Under the pieces are notes generated by a model. That model saw only the letters and a program-made list of their open reading frames with translations. It was not told the origin of the DNA and did not search any database. A stretch of 64,000 nt of DNA from Strigamia acuminata (Eukaryota): assembly GCA_949358305.1 (NCBI GenBank), contig OX442314.1, positions 20,646,001-20,710,000 of the forward strand. The letters run 5' to 3'. A program made the translations under genes and the position numbers. This document shows, one piece after another, positions 41,101-54,593 of the stretch. How positions within the stretch are numbered: the first letter of the stretch is position 1; each line of letters begins with the position of its first letter.

Positions 41101-43195
41101 ATTAATATTACATTACAATTTTTCAAAATGGCTGCCAATGACACCGCTGAAATGACGTCATTTAGTGTCAAAAGTTAAATTCTTGTTGGAATTGATGTTA
41201 TTAATTAATGCATACGTTACTGATTAGCGGCTAGTACTGATTGCAGCTAGTACTGTACTATTAATAAGCAGCAAAATAGAACATTTGCCTCAATTTCAAC
41301 AATTCAAAAAATTATTTGACAAAAATGAAGTGTGCACTTCATCTTTCCCTCAAGTAATATCATTAGAGCAACTTTTCAATGCCATACTTATAGCCCAAGC
41401 CCATCACACTTGAGTCGCCAGAACAGTTTGGGACAGCTGTCACTTACACTTACCCTTCTCTGTTTAGCTACCACTTCTTGCACATTTCCAGATGCAACCG
41501 ACTGCCCTATACCAAATCAATCCGCATTTGAACACACCATCAACACACAATTAAAACCTTCAACAATCATCAACTCACTCGACATATATTATCACAAACT
41601 ACATTAACTCCGACAAACGTAAAACTCGACGTCGTGCGAACAGCTTTTGTCATATTGCATTCCAGTCTTGTTGATGGTTGTCGCTTATTCAGAATATGAC
41701 CTAATTGCAATAGTAAAGTTGAAAGCTCCATAGACGCAGGTATGTTGCTGTCCATGTGTAAATTATAAATAAAAAAATAAAAATAAAAAAACCCTTTTTA
41801 CACGCCGAAAACAGTTAATAGTTCACCCAATCTTCACTTTCGTCTCCGTAAACGCTTAAAACCAATGTCTTGCAGTGAAAAATCAATTCAAATTGTCTTT
41901 TAGCTAAGACTTATGCATTTCATAAAGCTTTACTTGCAAACCATGACATAAACTACGCCTATATATCTATTTTTCGACTTTTGCTATGCGTCAACCCTAA
42001 CCTCAGTCTCTATTTTACTGACTAGACTTTAGAGAGAAAGGAAAGAGAAAAAAAATCGCTATGCATCCATTAATCCTTTCTCCACCTCTCCTGCACCTCC
42101 ATCAACTCCTCCAGATGGTAAAAAGGGCACATAAAATTCACCAATAACTTTCAATCACCCCTTGGGTGAATGCAGCAAACTTTTGTCAATTCCGACAGTC
42201 TACAAACATTTGATCCTATCTATTTTTCTTTGCTATCATCTACCTGGTCAAACATTCTAAAACCTCACAAGCCAGTATGTTGATATATACACACTGTATA
42301 TAAAATCCCATCATTCTTATTTCCCCTCCCATCTCCTAGAAAATTTCTACTTCTCAGCACAAAGAGAGACAATTTCACAACCCACTTTTATATATCCGTC
42401 TCCCCCTTTTCTGCAAGAAGAAAAAAGCATAAATCCTTCGCAAAAAGAGAGGGGGAAGAGGAAACTCTATTTCCTTAGATACATGAAAACCACGTCTCGT
42501 GCACTTGAATCTCCTTTCACTCTGAAAAGTGCTTTTTCTCTTCAAAAAAAAAAAGCATAGTCAAAAAGACATCCTCAACTAAAATCTCTTCAGGAAGTGC
42601 AACTGTGCACAAACATGACAAAAACATATCCTAATGTCCACATGGGTGGTTCCTGTTCTTTAAAAAATGGATTTTAAAGTTATGAAAGAAACGAGCGAAT
42701 TGAATTTATAATTAAAAATTTAAAACTATTCCAAAATCTGCTCGCAATTTATGAGAATACACAGCGCAAACGTTTGTGTAAACAAGTGGCAGTCATTCTC
42801 TTTAATCACTTGCCACATATTGCAGACACGACCGTCTTAAAAGACTTGTAAACATCTTGTAGACATCTTGTAAATAGAAAGTAAACATGTGTCAAATTTA
42901 AGCTAACATGTTACGGCGTAAACGTTCAGTGTATTTTCATCCATCAAAATGTCATATCACAGTAATTCCCTTATTAATTTCATGCCAACTATTTATCAAT
43001 GAATATTCACCCTGACAATCTGCAGTTGAAAATTCTGCCATTTTATTTATTTATTCCAATAAACTGCACAGTGCCGCAGAGCTTTTGCATCACATGGTGT
43101 CAATGAATCAATGCAAATCCGGATCGTATCGAGCCTATCTGTCACATTTCTGGATTACAAACTATTGCATCCTATGCACACAACCATTCTCGACA

Positions 43196-43310
43196 CATTC
43201 GAAAAGTAATTTAGACTAAACAGCGTTTCATACAACATATTTAAACTGCTTTTTAAACTTCAAAAATAGCGGCCGATTTAATTTGATTTCAGTCGCAGTG
43301 GGCATGCGCA
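43196..43310 (+). mobile_element. Dispersed repeat copy 2 (left-terminus remnant plus core)
   Basis: CATTCGAAAAGT at 43196-43207, then core AACTTCAAAAATAGCGGCCGATTTAATTTGATTTCAGTCGCAGTGGGCATGCGCA ending at 43310. Confidence 0.65.
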
Positions 43311-46300
43311 AAATTCAAAACTAGTTTAACTGCAAATTATACGTGACTTATAGTACTTAGAAGTTCATCTGTTCCCAGTAAACAGAAACACAAAGAGTGA
43401 AAAGTAAAATCAAACTCAGGAAACCGGAACTGTGCGACTAGACCAACACAACCGTGTCAAATGTCATCACGCACGGCCACTCAAATACTTGTTAAAAAGA
43501 CAGACATTTATTTTCACTTAAACTTGATTCCCCATTCCCCCAACAAACATTTAATAATTCAACCCCAAAACCCATTCGCACATCACTCTGTCGCAATCAG
43601 TGGTGGCCATTTTGTCTTCACGCTAAAAGCAACTCAACTCAAATTCAAAGAGCTTTGCCAGTGTGCTAGCAGTCCAGCGAAATACAAGTTGACCAAACAT
43701 AGGTCGATGATTCCACATCTAGCACTTGGCACTCAGTCCACTTGATTTATTAATGCTGCACAACACAACCAATCTAATCACAACCCCCGTGTTAAGTGCC
43801 TCTTACCAAACTGCTTTCTCCACTGTTCTTTTTCTTCGTCTCCCTCTTTTCTCAATTGTCTCGCTCTACCCCTTCGTGCCCAGTGAACCAACTCCCGAAT
43901 ATCAATTAGTGAAGCAGCTGATAAATTAACACTTCTGACATCGATTACGCTGCAAAGATCAGCGCAATGGTGTTGTCATTTTGCAAATTGACCTACAACA
44001 TCCGCTTTGTTTACAAATTAATTTCATTCCATCACAAAACTTACAATTGCAATTGCAGAATTGCCTCATTCGCATTTCCAACAATTCAAACGCAAATTTG
44101 ATTACACGACGGTGGAATAAACGCAATAAATGTCGAGTATTTTGTGTGTCAACTAAGAATACTTAAATTCTTACATCGCTCAACTTAACACCCCAAGGTT
44201 TGACCAGGATTGGTATAACAGTTCACAGCTTCACACTCTGCTCCTACTTTAACATAAAACAGAAAGCAATAACTTCTTTTATTACAGGAATAAAAAAAAG
44301 AGATAGAAAAATTCTGTAAATTTTCTGAATCTGTAACAATAATTTTACTAGCAAAAATCTTATCAAAAAACATTGAAGGCAGATAAATTTTAAAACACAA
44401 AAAGAAAAAAAAATAGTGATTGAAGATAAAAACTGCACCACATGTTCCACACACGAGATGATAAATCAGTTAATTATCCAATTGAATAATGATACTAGAG
44501 AAAAGATAACACAACATGCCACATTCATTTTCTTATCACACTACGGTCAAATACTCAAATTGGCACACTTCTAAACCGTGCAATAAACTGCTCAAAAATT
44601 CAATTTAAATTTTTAAAAACGCCATTTTTCGAGTCCTCGTTAAGTCGTTAACCATTTCCATTTTAAAAAAAAATTACCGTGCCTCGGTTTTCCAATTTCA
44701 AGTTCTAAAACTAAATTCACATCAAAAAAGAGCAAACAAATTTCATGGCAATAAAAAAGCACCCACTTCCGAGTTAAAATGTATATACAAAAAAAAAACT
44801 AGATATGCGAATTACAATGAGATACAACCTTGGTATAACTTATTCGACGAAAGAAAAAAAGTATATCGAGCATGCGCAGCATTATGCAACAAGCATTGTG
44901 TATTTATTACATGATGGAATTTTTTAAATGGATTTTCACTCGGTATTATCAAAAAATAAAAAAAATTTGAATTGCTCGAATCAGTATTCATTTCTCACAC
45001 AATTGCCGAGCAAATGATCGTGAAGGGAGGCTGAGAGAAGCAATACACGAGTGTGATAAGTTAAAGCGAACTAAGCAAAAAAAAAATGAAAGAGAAAAAA
45101 ATGTCGTTCTTGACATGAATTCAAGCAGAAAGAATGCACACATTTTTACTTGAAAATAAAGATAAAACGATGAAAAAAAAAATCTAATTACCCCTTCCCT
45201 CCTCTCTTTTCTAACATCAAATTAAAATTCTCCACATATATATTTGCATCAAACTAAAGTGATAATACTGAATCATTGCGTGATAAAAATATCATAAATT
45301 CTAGACTTGGGATATTAAAAAAGTGTTCGACAACCAAACATTACATTTTAAATGTCTCTTCAAACAACTGCCGCATCATTAACTCTTCAATTACATTGAT
45401 AATCGCCCGTAACCAATTCCAAAATAAAATCCAAAAAAAAAAAATTATTTTCCCAACAACCCCATTACTTAATACAACAAAAAACCTAAACAACCCCCAT
45501 AAGTTAATACAAAAACCTTTCGATCCACTTTAGCAACCGTCCAAGCACATAACCCAAACATTGGAAAGAAAAATCAAAATCCTCTTCATTTTTTCTCCTT
45601 TTACCTTCCCCCGAACACAAATTTGCAATACACTGAATGCACTTTGCTCGGGCTTCAACCGTACTGTTCTGTCAAGTAATGGATTCCCTCCCACATAGAA
45701 GACAAATCACCCAAGCATGGACAAGCTGTGCACTTGAACCCCGCACTGCCTCTTCCTCTTCCTCTTTTCCTTCTCCTTCGTCTTCGCTTCCCCACCCCAG
45801 CTACCCACGCGCACGTACGTGTCTCTGCAGCCCCCACCTCCCCACCTCCCGAGAAAAAAACGCTCCACTGCATGCTCACATGTGAAGGTTTGAGTCTGGT
45901 GAATCTCCTGCACCACGTGCTCAAGAAAACTCTTCTCCCACAATTCACCAGACCAATTGTGCGCACCCTCCATTCACCGCACCACCTTCACCCTCTACCC
46001 CATCAGTTCTTTTCCTAAAAATCCCCCATATCTATCAACAGGGAATTACATCCGATGTCTTTTCATCTCAACCCAACCTATCTTCCGTCCTCTGCTACAA
46101 ATGTTCCACACCATGCACTTGGAATAAAAATATACGTCGAGATCCATCAATGGCGCCAGCAGCCTTCGATTTATAATGGAAAAATTATAATAAAATATAC
46201 ATTATCGATGTGTAGTCATTGTATTGTGGACTACTTTCACGGTCAGCGTCATGCCGTGCTGTACTGATTAACGAATCGTGAAATATTAATGGTAAATCCA

Positions 46301-46768
46301 ATTTGTGTAACACAAATTTAGCTTGATTTTACAGTAATTAATTCTTCCCAATTCCGACAATGTTTTAATATTCAAACTTGACCTTAAGGTAAAGCCGATT
46401 CTGCATGATTATTAATGAATATTAAAACCATTGGGAATAAACACAATTTTGAACTCTCTTTATTTGAATACATAGAAAATCCGCAAAAGTTTTTTTTTTA
46501 AAAAAAAATGTTTTTACGGTGCTTTAATTTCACTTTAACAACTCTTCCGACATCATTTCAAATGTCAATAAGTTTGATCTTTTGCCTTTTCCAATTCCCC
46601 TCTCATTTGCTGTTCCTAGCACTCTTTCCCCTTGACAGCTCACCAAATGAGATTATTGAGAAACCTGCAGAATGAAAGGTACCCCAATCAAAACGCTCTT
46701 CTGCTTCATACTTTCCCAGCTTAAATATGCTGAAAAAAAGTTGAAAACTTTGCAAATATAATATTGAG

Positions 46769-46771
<3 letters not shown>

Positions 46772-46799
<28 letters not shown>
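46772..46799 (+). repeat. Poly(A)28 run, read as poly(U) in the pre-mRNA
   Basis: Read directly. A similar A23 run lies at 6719-6741. Confidence 0.9.
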
Positions 46800-47250
46800 C
46801 GATATACCGAATCTACCATTTTAAACCTTTATAAAACTTTTACGTATTCAACGAAAAACTGACTGACAGGCAGATACCCACCGTCATTTTCCTTTTGACT
46901 ATCATAGAAAAATTCCCACTTCCACTTTCTTTTATTCATGTGTCAGCAAAGCCCATTTAAATGAGAGAAGAAAACGAAAAAAGGAAGGAAGGGGGGAAAA
47001 CGTCACTTGAGTTGATAATCAAAACCAGAAACTTCCAACTTGAAATGAAATTAATTCTGACATTTGCACAAAAAAAAGCTTATCTTGTTAGCGTACCCGT
47101 AAAAACTCAATAATGTCCTACATTTAACCCTGTTTTCTTGCAGCAAACTCGACAAACTTTAAAAAAATGTTTTAAGATTCATGCAGTCCCTCTTTCCCCA
47201 CATGTTTATACAATTGTGCTAAATTTAATTTGTTGATAAAATATTCCTAC

Positions 47251-47422
47251 CTTTGCTCTGTCCCGTTACTTTATCGCGAAGTACATTGATTTGGTAGACG
47301 TCTCCATACTCCTCAAACATCTTCCTTAAATCACTTTCGTCCATGGTTCGCGGAATTTGGCCCACGAACATCTTAATAGCATCCGGATCCGGTTGATCAG
47401 GTTTGATAGGTTGGGAATTCAT
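47251..47422 (-). CDS. CELF2: CELF1/2 (CUGBP/ETR-3, Bruno/arrest-like) RNA-binding protein, coding exon for the N-terminal part of RRM1 (exon 47251-47426, ATG at 47422-47420)
   Basis: Minus strand reads [57 protein letters not shown]+[17 protein letters not shown] (RNP2) and YQINVLRD are CELF1/2 RRM1 signatures. The acceptor is ttgttgcag|AACCATG (exon starts 47426) and the donor is AAAG|gtagga (exon ends 47251, phase 1). The symbol marks the CELF1/2/Bruno subfamily, not one-to-one orthology. Confidence 0.95.
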
Positions 47423-50400
47423 GGTTCTGCAACAAATTAAACAAAAATATTTCTTAAATAAAAAAATTATATGCAAAAACCCAAGAATTTATTTCACTCA
47501 CTTAATTTTTAAAATTTTTAATTCTCTCAAAAATTATATTTTAAAAATGTCAATAAAATCTTCCCAATTACCTCACTCTAAAAAAAACTTACAACGCACA
47601 ATGCTAAGACATCACCTTTTACAAAAACCACAACAAAAAAAATTCAAATTTCCATCGTAGCAAATTTGCATATTTCCATTTCCTCCAGCTAAAAATAAAT
47701 AAACCAAACACTAAAATATAAATTTTTATTTATCGATAATATTAAACATTAAAATAAAAAACAACAAATATTATTTTAAAAATAACTTGTTTACAGGAAG
47801 ATGATACGTAAACATCAACTCATAGTTATCACATTTGCCACATTTTCCCTAAGTGTGCATTAAATGCAGGTGAAAATTAATTGTAAACCGAGTGAAATTA
47901 ACAACAGCAGATGGTTGGACATTTGCAAGCGCTTCGTTTCACCGTTTCTCTCTCTCGCTCTCATTCTCTTCCTGCTTCCCTCCACATGCGGGCACCGGTG
48001 AACATAATCTATGTCCCGGTCATACGAGTCATGTCTGGTGTCGCTGGTAATAGACGCTCGCTGAAGTGACAACGAAGGAGAGCACGCGCTTTCCTATATG
48101 GACCTTGTGACCTAACAATGTTCTACACCAAGTGTACAATTTATGATCCCAAATGCGCCAGCCAAACACCGCTCGGCAGTAATGAAACTATCACATTGGT
48201 ATTTCACCAAATTTTCAAAACAAAAGTGAACCCGATGTATGTATTATTTTATTAAGCAACTCAAATATCAAATTTGATAAACAAAAAAAAATTTAAAAAA
48301 AAATTCTTTGTATCTCATTTTTTTTAAAAATCGTTTTATTTTTAAATTTAACCCTTACTTTATTTCCTTCATTGATAAATTCCACCCATGGAATGTAACA
48401 ATTCCCCACACAATAAATTGAGTCACCTCATTAACCAAATTTAAGGAGTAGCACTGGGAACTTCAATGCAATTCTTCAACGTGACAAATTAATTTTTTTT
48501 TCTTTAAAATTAATACTTTAAAAACATTTTTTTCTCCAATTAAAAACATTCAAATCTCAACTCACTTCCTAATTAACTTCATATTTGCCAACATCCTTCG
48601 ATGAATGCATAAACAAAGCGCACGAACGCTGAGAACTAACAAATTTCTCAAACAATACAGGTAAAAACTAATTAGTAAATTTTAAATTTCACTAGAAATT
48701 GTTATGATTAATTATCCAACAGCGCACAAAAGCGCGCGCCATATCAACCACCATCTCCAGGTGAGAAACAAAAGTCACGTGGCCACTTACGAACAACTCA
48801 TTAATCATCATCACCTTAGCAGATAAGAACAAACAATATTGCTCCGAGCCATATTGCTTCTTTAGATAGAAGAAAAATATAAAAAAAAAAAAAAAAATCC
48901 TATTCAAAATTCAAATTTACATAAACTGATGTTAGCAAGGCGAAATCCGAATTGTATTGCAACGCGCACTACCAATCCCAATCCATACCATTCATTTCAA
49001 CACAACATTTATCATTTGCAATATTCGCACTCAAAAAAAATCTCATTTCCAATTCTTATTTTATATATCCAAACCTTACCCCCATAAACACCCTTTTCAA
49101 AACTTTTCTAAAGGAAAAAAAATCCATATTTGAGCTTCAAAAATTCCCCGTGTTCATTCAGCCATCAGCAACATCGCAATTCTTTTGTGTCCACCCATCC
49201 TGAAGAACCAAAGAAAAGAAGAAAAAAGAAAAAAGAAAAAAAGAAAAAAAAAAACCTCATGGTTCCATCTCACCCCATCATGAAAACACCAGTGACATTC
49301 TCATTCGAAACACCTACAACTGTCCACATTACCACCAGACCCACCTTCCTCGAACGAAAAACTCCAATAGAAAAAAAAAATATGGGCACGAGGAATTCCA
49401 AAAGATGGAATGCGAAAAATAAAAAAAATAAAAAAAAAAATATAAAAGTTATAAACAAAGCACATTGAATTTTCTAAACAGTTCCAACATGCCAACCTTT
49501 AAAAAGCACGCGCACTAAATCCATATCCACTTAATACTGTCTACCCATAAGAATAAACTTTCAAAAACTGGCTGTGAAAGCAATTTCCTGACTGCCATTT
49601 TCTTTGTCCATTTTTTTCTTTCTAATAGTGATAAACTATGGCGGCATTGCCATTGCCACTTATTATCTTTTTTTCTTGTTTTACTTTGAGCAATAATATG
49701 CTTTAGCCCTTGGTCACAGCTGTTACTTGACCTCCAGTTATACAAGTGAACAATGTCAACCTTAGGGCAATAACTAGACCAAAGAATGCTCTAACTAGTA
49801 GAATCCACAGTGCCCTTAAGGTTATAAAAAAAAGGCTTTAAAATTTCAACATATCCAAGTACAGAGGACAATATTCAATCATCTCTCCACTTTGAAAACT
49901 TAATCAAAGGCACAACTTGTTTCATGTCAAAATGTCTTAGTTATCAGCTGCAGGCAACGAGAAAGTAGATTGGCTGATTGCACAAGGCTAAAGGAAGGAA
50001 AGAAAGCAGAAAAAAATTCAAACAGGAAAGTAATAGCGCAGCGAGGAAGATAGTTATTGGCATGGCATAAAGTTCTCAATTGATGTAGCTCATCTCCCTA
50101 AGGACATCTCTTCCAAGTCACAAAAACAAGAGGCATCGCAAGACGACCTTGTCTTAACCTTATTCTAACCTAATCGTAGGCCTATCTCTATAATAATAAC
50201 TAATAATAATAATAATAACCACCAGAAATATATTTAACAATACCATATACCGGTATATTGCTTTTCACTTAATGCATTCCAAAATGTATAGCATTTTGTG
50301 GAATTACTTATATTATTTGTACATTAAATAATGCATTTAATACAATTGAAAAATATGCATTCATATTTGACAAATAATAATATTGGGAGTGCATTTCATA

Positions 50401-53400
50401 ATACATTTTGTATGTACGGTATTATTAAGATTTCAAAATAATTGCAATAGGAAAGTAATAACAATTTTCAAGTGCCAAAATTTAAAGTTGTGAATGTAAA
50501 TCAGCGGTTTTTGTTCACCATAAATTTAGAATGTAATTTTAAAAAACTAGGAGGAAAAAATGGAAGACAAAAAGTTAGAAAATGAGCTAATGTGAGAAAG
50601 ATATAAAAAACCAGCAAAGAAAAAAATAGACCCCTCTTATATGCAATTTTAAAACTTTTAAAGCACCAAGCCATGTTGTAGAGAATGGATTTGCCCTTTT
50701 TTTTAAATGTTGGAGATGTCGTCCCCATCTTTATTTCAAATTTAAACCTTTACCTAACCTCAGCTAAAAAATTTTCTCATAAAAAAAATGTAAAATAAAT
50801 TCACCACTTTTTAAAAAAACATTCTTTTCCGCTGAATTTTTCATTCAAGTTAAAAATAAAAAATAAAAAATAAAATTCAAAACTTCCTTCTTTATGTCAG
50901 ATCAAATTTTTGACTTTCTGGAATTTCAGTAGAAATATTTCTTAATCTTTATACTTTGAGTGTTTAATTATTCACGCAAATGTAAGTGCAGTTAAGTGCA
51001 CCATTATATTATTAAGTCGCGCGTACGAATATTTGCACTGTGCAACACCATTGTTACGTGCGATTGGTATTGTCGTACATAAGAATGTTGCGCGTATTAT
51101 TGGATATAAATTAAAACGGTAGTAAAATTTTTATAAATTTATTTAAACGATGTGTTCGTTGCACTTTCATTATCATTTACACATGAATTCTCCACATTTT
51201 CAAACATTAATTTAAAAATTCTTATTCCAATCCATATAAAAGTCAATAAATAAGAAAAGAGAAGAACGTTTCTTTGCAAACTAATCCATTCAAACCAACA
51301 ATTCCTTCGTGTACATTACGCTAATAGAAAATGATTGATTTCTGGCAAGTAATAAGAAAACAACTTGTTCATGTAAAGCAACACAATTTTTAATACATTG
51401 TATAAATAGCATCAAATTTACGACTTATCCCTACAACGATTTGCAGCCATGCCAAGAAAATTAATTAAACATTTTTATGGAACTATGAACTCAGATTCAT
51501 TCCTCACCCATCACCTATTTTCTCCACTTTTTATTCCTCCATCATCCCATAAAACAACTTTTTCTCGTGTGCAATTGCCACTAATCAAAGACTAATATCT
51601 TTAGCAACAGTGCAAATTCCGTCATTAATCTTCGAGCAGTTCAATTATGTAAATCCTACAACTGCCCTAAATTACTTTTCATTTTCACTTTTACAAAACC
51701 TCCACAAACCCATTCATTAGCATACAAACTGCCAAATTTGTGTCCATCATTGTCAATTGCCACATTAATTTGCCATTAATCCCTATATTAAATTGATTTT
51801 TAAATCTATATTTTCAAACTTTTTAATTCCAAACCTCAACTCAACTCAACCACCAAAATTAAAAAGGACATTTAATTTACGAATCACGATTAACACCAAA
51901 ACTCACAAGTCATTGCACAAACAAACAACTTCCAAACTCAACTATTTCATTAGTAAAAAAACCAACAAAAAAAAACTCTTTATCCAAAACGTAGTTTACT
52001 CTTAAATCACCACACATACAAAAAATTTTTTATCAGAAACCAAACAAGTGTGGTAAAATATCCAGTCATTCATCAACTTCTTGAAAAAGTTAATTACTTA
52101 CCACGTGAATTTAAGTAATGGCTTTTAACTGCATTATTGGACAGTCTTCATTGATCTCTTAAAAGTTAGAGGAAAACTAAAGAATTTAAGCTACAGTCAA
52201 AAAACAAGCGAGTTTGCTGCCATCACACTTCACTGCACAACCCATGTGATGCGCAGTGCAGTGAGCATAATTGTTGCGAGCAACACTGCCAATAAAACAC
52301 AAAAATATATCTCTAAGTTTGGAATTTTATATGAATTCCGTGAACAGCTCTGTCGTAAATTCACAAAATGAAAACCCCAAATTTATTTAGCCCCCAGGAG
52401 CCACAAAACAACTTCAAACGACCCAGGTGCAAGCCCGCGCGCGTTAGACGTTACTTATACATGCAAAGTTGTATGAAAACTATTTTTGATTCCAGCCATT
52501 TTATCAGAATCGTTACAATTCAAACAAAAAAATTGCGAACACAAAAGAGTAAAAGCCCCCCACCACCACCGAACATTTCCTCGATAAAGACAAACTTAAG
52601 ATTCTATAATCCAAATTTCCCAAGCCGTTTTCAAAAAGGAATAATAGAGCTTGCACATTGAGTTATCTCAATTATGAAATGTTGCAGGAAAAGATTAAGA
52701 GGGCAAATTTTCCCGGATGCAGCGCTAATAATGGTGTGCTCCCACTGGGACCTCGTCGAGTCAAAAGACAAGGAGTTAGTTCGCAAGCCAAACACTGCAG
52801 GGAAAGCGGTGTGAAAATTGGAACCTAAGTAAAACGAGGCTGAATAATCCAATTAGCAACCAACACAAATAGGACTAACACCCCGTCTTAGTGCTACTAA
52901 ACTCCGCACGATACTGCAATTTATAACCATAATGTCGTCGCATTAAAATAACCTCGTTTCAATTCTTTTTTTCCAACGGGCCGTTGACTGATATCCTGCT
53001 TGCAGCAACTTAAGTGGCTTCAAACAAAGATGCAATTACCTTTCTAAACTCCCATTGAACCAACTTTTCTAAGTGGATAAATTAATAATTATAATATTTA
53101 ATCATTTTTTTTCTTCGTGTTTGTATCAAGTTTTTAAACATTTATGAGGCGTAATCAATTTTGTACGAGTTGTAATCAATTTTACTCGTCGGTTTGTTGT
53201 TTTTTAATTTGTCGGCACTGGTAAAGATTTACTCACTTGAAAAGAATTGTAAATGTAAAGATAGATGGATTTTACAACTTTGGAAATTAGATTTACAATC
53301 AATTGAAAATTAGTTTTTCTCAATCTATTAACAATCTAGGAAAGAGATTCCATATTGTGCCCATCGGTTCTAAATTGGACTGTTTTAGACATTACTTTCT

Positions 53401-54593
53401 GTTCTCAGTTCAAATTTTATACAATTTTTCTTGTTCCTGACTGTATTTTACCTTGTTCCTGTTACATTTCAGATGTTTAAATGTTACATTTAAATTTCAT
53501 GTATTTTCTTGCTTTTACATTATTCTTACAATCATTGTGAAATGACAAGTTTTCATTTCAGACATTTACAACACATTCCCATATGACAGAAAACTGGTTG
53601 GAAAAATAACATTTCAAACGTAAGATTTACAACTTATTGGAAATATTAATTTTTAACTCTAGAATTTACTACTAATTTTCACAAGTTTAGTAATATGTGG
53701 ATATTTCCAACATATTTCCATCAAATTTTCACACGATAGTAAATTCAAATTTTCCATATCCATTTCCAACTTGAAAATGTTTAGAAATTCACTTTTTTTT
53801 TCATTGGAAGCTAAACACACAGCAACGAACTGCAAGTCAGTCGTTATTTGCTTTAATTTAAATTAAATTTGAGCCGCAGCGCACACCCAATGCAAATTTC
53901 TAGAAATGTACACAGCCTCTTGATAAATTATGCCCCTTGATAAATTAAAACAACTGTCCGCTTAAACCTGATAGTAAAATCCAATTTCAACGCGAACCAC
54001 AGCAGGAATTTCGCTCGACCAATAGTCGAATGATAAGAGACGATTCATCAGGTGCCATGTTAAAACGACCAATACCTCAATGCAAAACCACCGAACAAAC
54101 GCTTCGCCATTCCACACTCAAGCTAATTTCAACACTCTAATGGACAAGAAAACCATTCGCATATTTTTCAACCTTCAGTGCGCAGAGTACTTTGAGCAAG
54201 TTGAAAGCTTTTTTTTCTCTCACTCTTATTTCCCTTCTGCCCTTTCAACATTTCCACTTACTACACAAAAATTGAACACATTTAAAGGGCATGAAACCCT
54301 CTCACTTACTTCAATTTTTCAAAATTTTTCTTTAGCGCCAAACGCTGCTGTCTCTGGGTGTCAATAACTGTCACTTAGCGAAACAAATGGATCAAATCTG
54401 AATTTAAATTGGCTCACTTGATGCAATTGAAGAAAACAAGAACACTGGGATTTAAAGAACTTATTAAAATTCATTTAATCAAACCACAGCTAATGTTCGA
54501 GTCATTCAAGTAAAACTTACTAAAAACAAAACAGAAAACGCGTTCACAAAGTCATCTTTATGCTGTTAAACATGTTCTGTTGTTTAAATGTCG

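Larger units (their letters stand above)
10736..47250 (-). other. 36,515-nt GT-AG intron splitting RRM1 within RNP1
   Basis: GT at 47250-47249 and CAG ending at 10736. Joining the two exons gives an uninterrupted RRM1 with no residues missing. Confidence 0.9.

Noticed and set aside
45637..46018. Four overlapping ORFs in the C-rich island
   Set aside because: Stop codons are scarce because of local composition; the products are low-complexity with no family resemblance.
47225..47476. The full 83-aa ORF as a complete protein
   Set aside because: Its ends ([17 protein letters not shown] and RNILSTN) are intron read-through beyond clear splice sites; only 47251-47422 is coding.
50150..50762. 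CCTAA-like units suggesting interstitial (TTAGG)n telomere repeats
   Set aside because: Only two or three degenerate units at each spot, not an array.
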